Assembly (NCBI RefSeq): GCF_018350175.1
Contig: NC_058368.1
Coordinates: 129,830,001-129,894,000 of the forward strand
Source of the DNA: Felis catus
Lineage: Eukaryota
Direction of reading: 5' to 3'
Length of the DNA: 64,000 nucleotides
Below, piece after piece: positions 36,760 to 48,582 of this stretch. The position numbers were made by a program, and so were the translations under genes. The notes under the pieces are model-generated. The model saw nothing but the letters and a program-made list of their open reading frames with translations, was not told the origin of the DNA and ran no database searches. Each line of letters opens with the position of its first letter. The first letter of the stretch is position 1.

Positions 36760-39719
36760 ACAGAGACTGTTATTGAAGTACAATATACAACATAATTGAG
36801 AAAGTGCACAAATGAAGGGTACAGTTTTAATATTTATAATGTGACCACATCCATGTAACTAGCACTTGCAAGTAGGTGGAACATTAGTAGCGCCCAGAAG
36901 CCTTCCTCCTGCCTCGCTGTCACCTGTGCACCCCTCCCCAGCAACATTTGACATCTCTTAACCATACATTAACCTTACCTGTTTCTGAAGTTCCACAAAT
37001 GGAAATCTTATACTATGTTGTTTTGTGTGTCTTTCATTCATTTTTAGATTTGTGAGATTTACCCATGTAAATGCCTGAAAAGTTTTCTCATATGTAGAAG
37101 GAAAATATTCCATGTTAGGAACATAGCATATCTATTTGTTCTGCTGTTGGGCGTTAAGGTTGTTCCTAGTTTTTGTCTATTAATAGTCATGCTTCTTGAA
37201 AACTCTTCTGCATATCTTATTGCACATAAGTGCATTTTTTGGTCATGTGTAGTCAAATGTGTGTTCAGCTGTAGTAAATACCATCAATTTGTTTTCAAAA
37301 GGTTCATACTAATTTACACTTCCACAGGGGCATATCACTGTTGACATTTGCTGCTCATTAGCACATTTGGTCTTATCTGTCATTTTGGTAAATTTTTCAT
37401 TTTTCTCATCAACAATGAATATCTTTTTCATATACTTATTAGCCATTTGAATACCCTGCTTTTATAAAGGGCTGCCATTGTACAAAAAAATGGGTTATCT
37501 TACTGATTTCTGGGACTTCATAGGTTTTGGACTTAGGTCTTTTGTTGAAAATACACATTGGAGGGGTGCCTGGGTGGCTCAGTCAGTTAAGCGTCCGACT
37601 TCAGCTCAGATCATGATCTCACGGTCCGGTCCGTGAGTTCAAGCCCCGCATCGGGCTCTGTGCTGACTGCTCAGAGCCTGGAGCCTGTTTCGGATTCTGT
37701 GTCTCCCTCTCTCTCTGACCCTCCCCCGTTCATGCTCTGTCTCTCTGTCTCAAAAATAAATAAATATTAAAAAATAAAAAAAGAAAAAAAAAGAAAATAC
37801 ACATTGGAAATATTTTCTCTCTGTCACGTGCCTTTTCACTTTCTTGTGTTTTTTGAGGAGAAGTTCTTAATTTTAATGAGGTTCAACTTAGCTATTTTTA
37901 TATTTTTTTGGAGCCTATTATAAAATTTTTGCTTAGTCCAAGATTATGAAAATATTCTGCACTTTCTGCTAGAAGCGTTGTTTTCTGTTTTACACTTAGG
38001 TGGATTATCTGTCTGGAAGTGATTTGTTAGGTGTGTATGCGGAGTGAGGCTGCAGCCGGTATTCCTTCTCTAACACATTTCAGTGGTTCCCTTGTATGTG
38101 CTGTTCATATATAAGGATCTGTTTTTGGATTCTTTGTCCTGTGGCCTTTCTGTCTTTGCTTTAGTTGTTACTACTTTCTTTATTTTTTCGGATTTAACTT
38201 GCTGGTTTGTAGCTTTTTGAAATGGAAGCATAGATAATTCACTTTTAGTTTTCCTTATATATGCATTTAAAACATTAGGTGTTTTCTTGTAATCTTAGCT
38301 TTAATTCAGTTTTATTACCACTCAGTTGATAAGATTTTAGAATTCCTCTTGTGATTTCTTTTTATACCCATGGGTTAATTAGAAGTATATTTCCTAATTT
38401 CCATCATGTGGGGCTTTTTAGTTATTCTTTTGTTACCGATTTCATCCTTGGAAATGTGCTGTCTTGTGTTACAATCTCAGTATATTGTTCTGTGTTAAAT
38501 GTTATATGTGTGCCTGAAATGTTATATGTGTGCCTGTTACATGTGTGTTTTGCCATAATTGGTCACTTATGCTATTCACATCTTCTATATCCTTATTCAT
38601 TTTGTTGTTGCTTTTTTCATCATTTTCTGAGACAGATATGTTATCTCCAAATAGGATTAAGTATTTGGCCATTTCTTCTTTACATTCTGTTTTTGCTGTA
38701 TATGTACAGGGACTATATTATTAGGATCATACAAGTTAAATGTTTTTACATTTTTGTTGAATTGACCTTGTCCTAATCTTGAAATGTTCCTCTTTGTTTC
38801 TAGTAATGTGTCTTATGGTTGCATGGTACATCTTGTTCTGCTTTTTTCTTTCAATTTCTTTGTTCTATTTAAAGCCTTTTTAAAATTTTTTTTATGTTTT
38901 ATTTTTTATTTAAAAAAATTTTTTTTAACGTTTATTTATTTTTGAGACAGAGAGAGACAGAGCATGAACGGGGGAGGGGCAGAGAGAGAGGGAGACACAG
39001 AATCAGAAGCAGGCTCCAGGCTCTGAGCCATCAGCCCAGAGCCTGACGCGGGGCTCGAACTCACGGACCACGAGATCGTGACCTGAGCCGAAGTCGGACG
39101 CTCAACCGACTGAGCCACCCAGGCGCCCCCTTTTTTTTTTTTAAAGTAACCTCTCCACCCATGGTAGGGATTGAACTTATGGCCCAGAGATGAAGAGTTG
39201 CATGCTCTACAGACAGAGCCAGTTAGGTGCCTCTAGAAGTCCATTTTTCCTCATTATATTTTAATCTGTATATTTTCTACTGACTTCTCCTTAAGTTTGT
39301 TACCTTTATTTTGCTATTTTTTAAAAAGTCAATTCTAGGATTTTCCTTTGGTATTTTTTAAAACATTGTTTTTGAAGTTTATTTATTTTGAGAGAGAGAG
39401 AGCATGGGCAGGGGAGGGGCAGAGACAGAGGGAGAGAGAGAAAATCTCAAGCAGGCTCTGAGCCTCAAACCCACAGACTGAGATCATGACCTAAGCTGAA
39501 ACCGAGTTAGACACTTAACCTCCTGAGCCCCCCAGGCACCCCTATTTTTGTTTTTTGTTTTTAAATGAATTCCAGCTCTGTGGTGAAATAGTACAGTTTT
39601 CACCTATTTTGATCAACAAATTCATAATTTTTTTAAAGTGTGATTTTGATAATTACAATGTCTGTATTTCCTGTGTGTGTGGTGTTTTTGTTTGTTTTTT
39701 CTTTTTTCTTTCTTTTCTT

Positions 39720-39751
<32 letters not shown>

Positions 39752-40536
39752 GCATGGTGCCCACTGTGGGACCTGAACTCAGTACCCTGAGGTCAAGACC
39801 TGAGCTGAGATCAAGAGTTGCATGCTTAACTGAGCCACCCATGTGCCCTGTGTATCTCCTATTTAAAAAAAAAATTTTTTTTTTTTTTTTTTTTTTTACA
39901 TTTTATTTATTTTTTGAGAGAGACAGAGACAGAGCACAAGTATGGGAGGGGCAGAGAGAGAGGGAGACACAGAATCGGAAGCAGGCTCCAGACTCTGAGC
40001 TGTCAACACAGAGTCCGACGCGGGGCTCAAACTCATGGATCGTGAGATCATGACCTGAGCCGAAGTTGGATGCTTAACTGACTGAGCCACCCAGGCACCC
40101 TTGTGTCTCCTATTTTTATTTGTGTTTTGATTTTAATAACTTTTACCTGGTTTGTAGTATACATAGTTTTTGACTGAATGCTAAGCATTGTTGAGGGAAA
40201 ATTAGAGAGGCTTGGAATTTTATTTTTCTTTAGAGAAAATTTTAATTTTTTCCAGGCAGGCAAATAGAATATGACTTCAACCTTGACTTAGTTGAGGGTG
40301 CTCTCTTTCTGGTTTACTTTTTTTTTTTTTTTTAATTTTTTTTATATGTTTTTATTTATTTTGAGAGCCAGCAGGGGAGGGTCAGAGAGAGAGAGAGGGA
40401 GACACAGAATCTGAAGAAGGCTCCAGGCTCTGAGCTGTCAACACAGAGCCCCATGCGGGGCTCAAATCAATGAACCACGAGATCATGACCTGAGCCGAAG
40501 TTAAACCCTTAACCACCTGAGCCTCCCAGGCACCCC
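36760..40536. mobile_element. Old L1 remnants (about 36760-38850) with a plus SINE 37563-37795 (TSD gaaaatacacattgga) and a run of six antisense SINEs 38875-40536
   Basis: Degraded L1 3' phrases and multiple SINE heads. Confidence 0.75.
38497..38536. repeat. Perfect 20-bp tandem duplication aaatgttatatgtgtgcctg x2
   Basis: Directly readable. Confidence 0.95.
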
Positions 40537-40826
40537 ATCTTTCTGGTTTACTCTTAATCCTAATTTTTAGCCTTCTTCGGGTTTCAGCTGCAATCTTTGG
40601 GTGTTTGCCAAAGTATTGCCTTACTGGTTCGCCCTGAGCGTCAGTTTTTGCCTTTTCAGCACTTGAGACCTAGTGAAATCTCTTAGCTCATTAGTTGTGT
40701 AGTTCCTGCTTTGATTTTTTATGGGCAGATAGCTCCAGGGGAAATGTTCTGGTTCATCACAGTTCCTCTCCCTTTTTTCTAGACCTTCATCTTTCAAGTC
40801 ATGGCTGCCTACATTGTTTTAGATGC

Positions 40827-41295
40827 TGCATTAGTTTCTTCAGTCTGCCATAACTAACTACCAGAAACTGGGTAGCTTACAACAACAGAATTGTCTTGTC
40901 CCGCAGTTAAGGAGGCTAGAAGTCTAAGGTGAAGATGCTTGTCAAGGCTTTGCTTATTCTGAAGGTCCTAGGGAAAAATCTTCCTTGTCTCTTTTTAGTC
41001 TCTGTTTGTGGTCTGCAATCGTTAGGGATTTTTGGCTTGCAGTTGTAATCCCAGTCTCTGCCTCCATCATCACATGGCTGCCTTTTCACGTGTTTCTTCC
41101 GTGTCTGTCCACGTTTTCCTCTCCTTGTAAAGGGCACCACCAGTCATTGGATCAGGGCCCACCCTAATTTGTTATGACCTCATTCTGACTTGATTACATC
41201 AGCAAGTGTCCAGTTTTAAAATGAGGTCACATTCAGAGATACTTGGGGTTAAGGCTTGAACATATCTTTTTGGAGGGACACAGTTCTACTCAACA
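40827..41295 (-). mobile_element. MaLR (MLT1C-type) solo LTR
   Basis: TG...CA termini; ggaggctagaagtctaaggtgaagatg and cagtcattggatcagggcccaccctaat signatures. Confidence 0.8.
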
Positions 41296-42442
41296 GAGAG
41301 ATGCCTTAATACTTAAAAAAACAAAAAGTTGTGTAGCACTTTTATAGCTGATCTTACTGGGATGATTCATCTGATGCCATCCACTCTATCATAGCCATAA
41401 TGGAAAACCTTAATATGGGGGCTTTAAAATGTAATTTTTAAATAAACAATACATTCATATATATTTTTTTTAATTTTTTTTAACGTTTTATTTATTTTTG
41501 AGACAGAGAGAGAGACAGAGCATGAACGGGGGAGGGTCAGAGAGAGAGGGAGACACAGAATCTGAAACAGGCCCCAGGCTCTGAGCTGTCAGCACAGAGC
41601 CCGATGCGGGGCTCGAACTCAGAGACTGTGAGATCATGACCCGAGCTGAAGTCGGACGCCCAACCGACTGAGCCACCCAGGCGCCCCAACATTCATATAT
41701 TTCAAAAATCAAAATGCGTATACTCTAATAGTGAATATTCTCCATCCTGGTCTTTTGCTCTTGTAGTTTACTAACTCATTTGCAGGCAGAATTGTTAGTA
41801 TTGTTTTTATCCTTCCTGGAGATGTAAAATGAAAAATTATAAATTAGTTGATTTTTTTTTTTTTAATGTTTATTTTTGAGAGAGAGAACATGTGCAGGCG
41901 TGGGAGGGGCAGAGAGAGGTGGACAGAGGCTCTTAAGCAGGCTCTGTGCTGATACAGCAGGGGGCCTCCAAGGCCCCCTAAACTATCTGATTTCTAATAA
42001 GTCTTTAATTGCAAATATCCTCTGATTCCTGATCCCTTCCCCTATAGAATAACCTCACTCAGATTTTATAAAAGAAGTCAGTGGAAGGCTAATACTTATT
42101 CATACACACTTTTTTTTTTTTTTTTTAGAAACCATTAATTTTTTTAGGCAACTTTTTATATTAATAAAGCAGATGTCACAGTATCACATTTGTCATTCTG
42201 GATTTGTCTTATTTCCTGTTGCTTACTATTTTGTACTTTGTATTCACTTGTGAAGGAGCTTTACACTTAGGAATTACTTGATGTGTCAATATACAAGTAA
42301 TGGCAATAATTCTATTTATTTACCAAAACTAATGAGTGGCCTCTTTTTTGAAAGGCTTTTTATTGTTAAAATTCAAAGTAGTGCTTACCTATGTTTATTG
42401 TTAGGTAGCATCCTCTTGCATAATGAATTAATCTTTTTACAG

Positions 42443-42515
42443 TGCTCTCTCAGAGGAGGAGAAATCTACGTTGCGTGCAGGGCTAATCACCAACTTCAAC
42501 GAACCAGTAAACCAG
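42443..42515 (+). CDS. IPO11: Importin-11 exon 4, (H)ALSEEEKSTLRAGLITNFNEPVNQ
   Basis: Acceptor ctttttacag|T completes the CAT codon; donor CAG|gttagt; 73 nt restores phase 0. Confidence 0.96.
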
Positions 42516-42760
42516 GTTAGTGAGAACATGAATGCTAAGTATGCTTTCTGTTCCCCTACTTTCTACTTCGTTTCCAAACTAATTTTGTTTTTTGGCAGGA
42601 AAAATGAAGTTTTATCATGTCTATTGGTAATATTTGTGGGTTTTAAATTTTGAGGTTAATTTCTAGGTGTCAAGAATTTTTGTTATATGCTGTTTTAAAA
42701 TTCAAAAGTCATTTTAAGAAATACAGTATTGAAAGCAAGTTTCTATATATTTCTAGTCTT

Positions 42761-42795
42761 ATCGCTTCTCGGCCTTTTGGCTAAGATCAAGTGTA
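42761..42795 (+). pseudogene. RNU2: 3'-truncated U2 snRNA retropseudogene (U2 nt 1-35)
   Basis: ATCGCTTCTCGGCCTTTTGGCTAAGATCAAGTGTA equals the 5' end of vertebrate U2. Flanked by the direct repeat tatttctagtctt (42748-42760 and 42794-42806). Confidence 0.95.
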
Positions 42796-43548
42796 TTTCT
42801 AGTCTTATTGCATAGAAATTAATTTTAATGATTTGTTATTCTCTACCTCCTTTTTAAAATTTTATTTGAATGTTTATTCATTTTTGAGAGAGCGAGCGAG
42901 CAGGGTAGGGGCAAGAGAGAGCAAGGGACAGAGGATCTGAAGCGGGCTCTGTGCTCTCAGCAGCAAGCTCAGTGCAGGGTCTAAACTCACAAACCTGAAC
43001 CCATAAGATCATGACCTGAGGGGAAATTGGATGGATGCTCAGACCACCCAAGCACCCCATTCCCCTCCTTTTTTTAAACTATAGTATATCTTGTCTATTC
43101 CCGACACCCATGACATTTTCACTTCTCCCTATATACTGTAATAGATTATTCAGTTCCATTTCTTTCTTTCCTTTACAGTGAGATTTTGCGTGTAAGAATG
43201 TTTTGCATATGGATTCAAAAATTCTTAAATTTTTACAAGTTACTATTTATTACACTTAATTATTTTAATTTGAATATTTAGCCTCCCTGGATTTTGTGAT
43301 GTATCTAATCCAGTTTTATCTCAATCTGTTCTACAGTGATCTTAGTTCTCTGCTTTGTAGTCCCTTGAAGGAGGTGAGGGAAGATTGGGATTAAAGAAGT
43401 ATTTCTCACTGGGGCAGGAGATGGTTGGGAGGGGTTTGTGATAAACCATTGCTTAATATGCTCTGTCAGCCAGCATTTGGGAAACACTGATCTGTACAAA
43501 TGTCATTATTTACAAACATAATATTTGATGTTCATTTCTACTCTTAGG

Positions 43549-43980
43549 TCAGTGATTCTCAAACTTTGTGATCTTATAACTTCTTTATTCTGCTAAAATG
43601 GCACATTATATTTTGATATTTACTGTGTTATCAATTGAAATAAATTTTTTAACATTAATAAAACCATTGTTAACATAAATAGAATTTAAAAAAATGAACC
43701 ATAGTTGTTTCCCCCAACACATACATATTTAAGGAGAAGAGTGGCATTGTTTTGCATTATCGTTTATCTCCATAGTGTCTGGATATTTAAAAGAAAACAT
43801 CTAGATTTTCATATCTGCTGCTTCCTATACTCTGTTGCCAAGTATTATTTTAGGAAAAGTTACATGAAGAACATCTAGCATCACAGTGATAAATTAAAGA
43901 GACCTTGCAGATCCCTGAAAGGGTCTTAGCCCCCTTCCCCTCTTCAAGGGATTCGTAGACCATACTTGGTGAACCACTAT
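43549..43980. mobile_element. hAT-Charlie-type DNA transposon fossil
   Basis: Termini cagtgattctcaaa...tgaaccacta resemble Charlie TIRs; the subfamily is uncertain. Confidence 0.55.
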
Positions 43981-44127
43981 CTTAAGTAAGAAGTTTTCAG
44001 TGAAATTGTATTCACATTTGTCAAATGTATAACTGACCAGAAGGTAATTTTCAACTGTGAATGCATTCCTTATCTGTTGCTTTGATTATATATGTGTGTT
44101 TCTGATGACTACTTTGTTTCCTTTTAG

Positions 44128-44331
44128 ATTGCAACTCAGATTGCAGTGCTGATTGCAAAAGTTGCTAGATTGGACTGTCCTAGACAGTGGCCTGAACTCA
44201 TTCCCACTCTTATAGAATCTGTGAAAGTCCAAGATGATCTTCGACAGCACAGAGCATTACTTACCTTCTATCACGTTACCAAGACTCTGGCTTCCAAACG
44301 TCTGGCTGCTGATAGGAAATTGTTTTATGAT
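44128..44331 (+). CDS. IPO11: Importin-11 exon 5, IATQIAVLIAKVARLDCPRQWPELIPTL...LAADRKLFYD
   Basis: Acceptor ttccttttag|, donor GAT|gtaagt, 204 nt (68 codons). Contains the karyopherin D-x-P-x-x-WP-x-L motif. Confidence 0.97.
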
Positions 44332-47300
44332 GTAAGTGATTTAACATAGTTAATTTTGATTATGAAAACTGCTACTTGTGTAGAAATGTTTGTAATTTTA
44401 CTCCTCTTTTGTATTGAAAGATTATGAATTCTTTCCATTTGACCTTAGAAAGTTTAGAATAATAACATCTGAAAGATTTTAAACTGGATAGTGATGCGAC
44501 CCATAAGATGGCTAGGTTGCCAGAAGCCGGGTATTGGTTGGTAGAGAACAGTCTGAAGGCAGAGACTGTTTTGAGGGTATTGAAGTTCACATGGGAAAAA
44601 GAAGCTGTGGTAAAAGGGAGCATTTATGAGGGATAGAGCTGAAATTCAGAAAGTTAAAATTTTGACTTGCTTGGGTAATTGATGGATGTAGGTCAGATGT
44701 AGGGAGGGAGTTTGACATAACTGGTGGGTGAGAGCCCTTTATTGGTTGTTTTAACACCATTTGTTGAAAAGACTTTGCTTTTTTCATTCACTTACTTTGA
44801 CATTTTTGTATTTGACTGTTTTCACCTTACTAAAGTAGTGATTTTCATGCTGTTCAACCTGTTTTGGACTGCACCTTGTAACACTGGTAACTCTCATAGT
44901 ATTTTTGCCTTTTGTAAGCCTCGCTTTGACCATATAATTTGGGAATCTGCATTTTTAACAGGCTCCCCAGGTGATTCTTATATACATCAAAGTTTAAGCC
45001 AGAATTCCATTAGGTTCCCTATACTTTCTTTAAAAAAAAATTTTTTTTTTTTTTTAGTGTTTATTTATTTTTGAGAGGCAGAGAGAGAGGCAAAGATTCT
45101 GAAGCAGGCTCCTGTCTCTAAGCTGTCAGCACAGAGCCTGATGTGGTGCTTGAACTCCCAAACTGAGAGATCATGACCTGAGTTGAAGTCACATGCTTAA
45201 GAGACTGAGCCACCCAGGTGCCCTGGTTCTCTTTACTTTTAACCTAGTGGTTTTAAATAGCCAATCTTAGATGTATTCAAGGATGTTGAATATAAGAGAA
45301 ATTGTGTTTGTTGAAGATTGCTTTTTAGATCATTGTTGCTTTTGCTTGATAGCCAACTAGGATTTTTTAAAAAAAGTTTATTTTCATTTATTTTGAGAGA
45401 GAGAGCGTGCACGCGCGCACACACACACATACACACACACACACTATTTGGGGATGGGCAGACAGAGAGAAAGAGAATCCCAAGCAGGCTCTGTGCTGTC
45501 TGTGCAGAACCCAAGGCAGTGCTAGATCCCATGAACGATGAGATCGTGACCTGGGCTGAAATCAGGAGTTGAACACTTAACCAACTGAGCCCCCCAGGTG
45601 CCCCAAAAGCCAACTAGGATTTAAAAACTGGACTGTTTATCCTCTTAGGTTTTTCTGTGAATTTCTTGCTGATTTTTCTCACCTTTATCCTCATCTTACA
45701 CCTTTCCACTTAACTTTCATATTTGCTGTTTTCCGAAATCAAGTGTCTAAAGATTGTTACAGTTATTTTGTCAAAGAGTACCCTTCTGTAAAGTCTCAAT
45801 TCATAGTTCAGCTTTCCCGAGTTGTACTCTCATAACGTGTTGTTTTAGTTTTAGGTATAATTTATATTCAGCTTAAGCAGTCTCTACAAATTGTATTTTT
45901 TTTCCCCTAAAGTCATGCTCATTTATTTTACAAATTGTGCCTAATCAGAGGCTGTATTCTGAATAGCCTGTTTGACTTAGCTTTCTCACCCTTTCAACTT
46001 TCTTGGCTCATTTACTTGTAGTATGAGGCTGTTTCTTCTGTATATGCAGTAAAGTATAGGTCTACCTAGCATCTTGTGTGTACTTTCAGCATAGTATCAG
46101 TTCCATAGTGCTGACTTTCAGTTGTTGACTTATCTTTCTTAGATCCCTTACACTATGAGTTTCATGAGAGAGGAATGTAAGCCTTTATTGTTACAGTCTT
46201 GCTGTCAAGTTCAGAAGAATGCATATGAGTGGGTGGTGCTCAATAAATGTTAGATGAATATATAGAAGAGGAGACTTGTTCTACATACATACCTTCTAGG
46301 TTTCAAAGTGGCATAGTGCAAAACTTAAAAGAGCAGGAGTTTTGGGAAAATATGCAAAAACTTAAGATACCTGGAAAAAAATTCAGCTTAACGCCTTCAA
46401 TTTAGATTGAAGTAGCCAAACCTGGAAACATGGAGCATGAGTGAGTTTGGGCCCCATGTGTGTGTGTGTGTGTGTGGGGGGGGGGGGGGTCTGTGCTGAC
46501 AGCTCAGAAGCTGGAGCCTGCTTCAGATTGTGTCTCCCTCTCTCTGCCCCTCCCGCATTCATGCTCTTTCTTTCTCTTAAAAATAATTAAACATTAAAAA
46601 AATTTAAGAAAAAAAAGGAACTTTGCTAGTTAATAATGTGTAGCCCCTGTTTTTTAGGTAATCTAAAAGGTAGGAAAGTTTTCTTTAATAATACTTTTAC
46701 TATAATGCTAAGATGGTCTTCATGTACTATATTAGTTTCCTACAGAAATAAATAAAATGTAAGCTCATAGCTGAGCTAGTTGCTGTAGCACAGTATTGCA
46801 GTGTGCACTTAAAAAATGCAGCCTGCTACTCTTTGTGTGCCAACAATTTCTCTATTCTATTTTTCTTTCACATTAAAATAATTTATGCTCTTTTCAGGGG
46901 TGACATATTAGAAAATCAGCAGTTGAGAGAAAATTGTTTTGCAGTAACAAAATTGAGCTTGATTTGACACACACAAGGTTTTGTTTTTTATAAACAGTAT
47001 GCTTTTCACAGAAACTTGAATATAAAGATGTTGATATAAAGTACTGTTAAAATCTGGAGTCTATGAAAACAAGGAAACTTAAGGTACAAATAGTTATTCT
47101 AATGTAATTATAAATGTTTTAACCAAATAATATTTTGTAGACATGATGTGTAACTTGTAAAATTATATGCTGTGGTAAAGGAAGCAATCCAAACTTAAAA
47201 AGAGGAAAAGATTTTTTGAAAGCAGCAATATATTGTACTTGTTGTTAGAAAACAAGTGAACAGGTTGACAGGTGTGAGAAGAAATGTTTTCCAGTGTAGA

Positions 47301-48147
47301 ATGCTTTTCTGTACTGAACAGCTTTGGGATTTGAGCAAGATACTTAAACTTGGTGATTCTTTAAAACCCTTTCAGTTCTAAAGTTGTGTAATTCCATGAA
47401 TTTATTATCTCTATTACTCTAGGTTAATCTGTATAAGCACCATGAAAGTTTTGAGATGAAAATCTGAGTTACAGCCTGATTTAAATACAGATGTTAGTGT
47501 TTTTAATCACTGTTTTGGTCTAGAAGCCAAGACCTTTGTACACTTAGTTTCGTCCCAAGCAGGCTCTGCACTGTCATCATGGAGCCCGATGTGGGGCTTG
47601 GACCGTGAGGTCGTGACCAGAGCCAAAGTTGGGACGCCCAGCTGACTGAGCCACCCAGGTGCCCCAGTAGTTTAATTTGCTGGAGCAAATCCTGACCTGT
47701 CCTTCCATTCAAAAGTACTTCTGCATGAATCTCTAAAAAGGACGTTTTCCATAATTTGTTTTTGTTAGGAATCTTTCTAGGCTGGAAGTTAGGAATTAAT
47801 CTTAACATTTTTCTGCTTAAGGGTCATTGAACAGATAATTGATTGCTTATCATGTACAAGAGATATGTGCAGTACTGAGGGAGATGAAAGACATGGATAG
47901 TCTTGTGGTGTTCATTGGGAAAGTCCTAATATACAAACTCTTAAAAGTCATTTAGTAAGCTATTAAAATCTGCTACAGAAGAAAACTAAACACTCTGTTA
48001 GGTTGTTTATGTGGTCAAAGCTAAAACTTAGACTTTTTAAAAACTCAAGGGTTAATGATAAATAAATTCCCACTAAACAGCATGTGTATTGTTTGCATGA
48101 TGAGGGTAAAACAGAACTGAGACGAGGTGAAACCGGGTTACCAAATA

Positions 48148-48480
48148 TAGTTGATTCTCCAACAACACAGGTTTGGATTGTGTGGACCTGTTTATACAGA
48201 TGAATTTTTACAGTAAAGTTTTATAAATGTATTTTCCCTATGGCTTTCGTAGTAACATTCTCTTTTTTCTAACTTAATTTATTGTAAGAGTAGTATATAA
48301 TACATATAAAGTACAAAATACACATGTTACTCAACTGTTCATGTTGCTGATAAGGCTTCTGGCCAACAATAGGCTGTTAGTAGTTAGGTTTGGGGGGAGT
48401 CAAAAGTTAACTCATAAAATTTTGACTGAGTGTGGCGGTGGGAGTTGGCCCTAACTGTCACGTTGTTCATAGGTCAGTTG
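48148..48480. mobile_element. Tigger2a-like DNA transposon
   Basis: TA-flanked, tagttga.../...ggtcagttg termini, homologous to 13330-13599. Confidence 0.78.
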
Positions 48481-48504
48481 TACTTCAGAATACTCTTCCC
48501 TCAC

Positions 48505-48582
48505 TTGTTGGGATGAGCACTTGGATGATATATGTGAGCGATGAATCACTAAATTCTGTTCTTGAAAAAAAAATTTAAAAAA
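48505..48582 (+). mobile_element. Severely 5'-truncated L1 3' end
   Basis: ttgggatgagcac...gatgaatcactaaattct plus A-tail is the reverse complement of the L1 end at 1425-1485. Confidence 0.7.

Larger units (their letters stand above)
41462..43038 (-). mobile_element. Antisense CAN-SINEs flanking exon 4 (41462-41687, partial 41852-41980, 42850-43038)
   Basis: SINE bodies; TSD acattcatatat for the first. Confidence 0.85.

Noticed and set aside
38351..40053. 141-aa and 137-aa hydrophobic ORFs
   Set aside because: Low-complexity T-rich L1, SINE and poly(T) sequence with no coding signal.
12563..41712. Recurrent ORFs such as MAQSVERPTSAQVMIS...SLEPASDSVSPSLSAPPP
   Set aside because: These are translations of CAN-SINE bodies, not a gene family.
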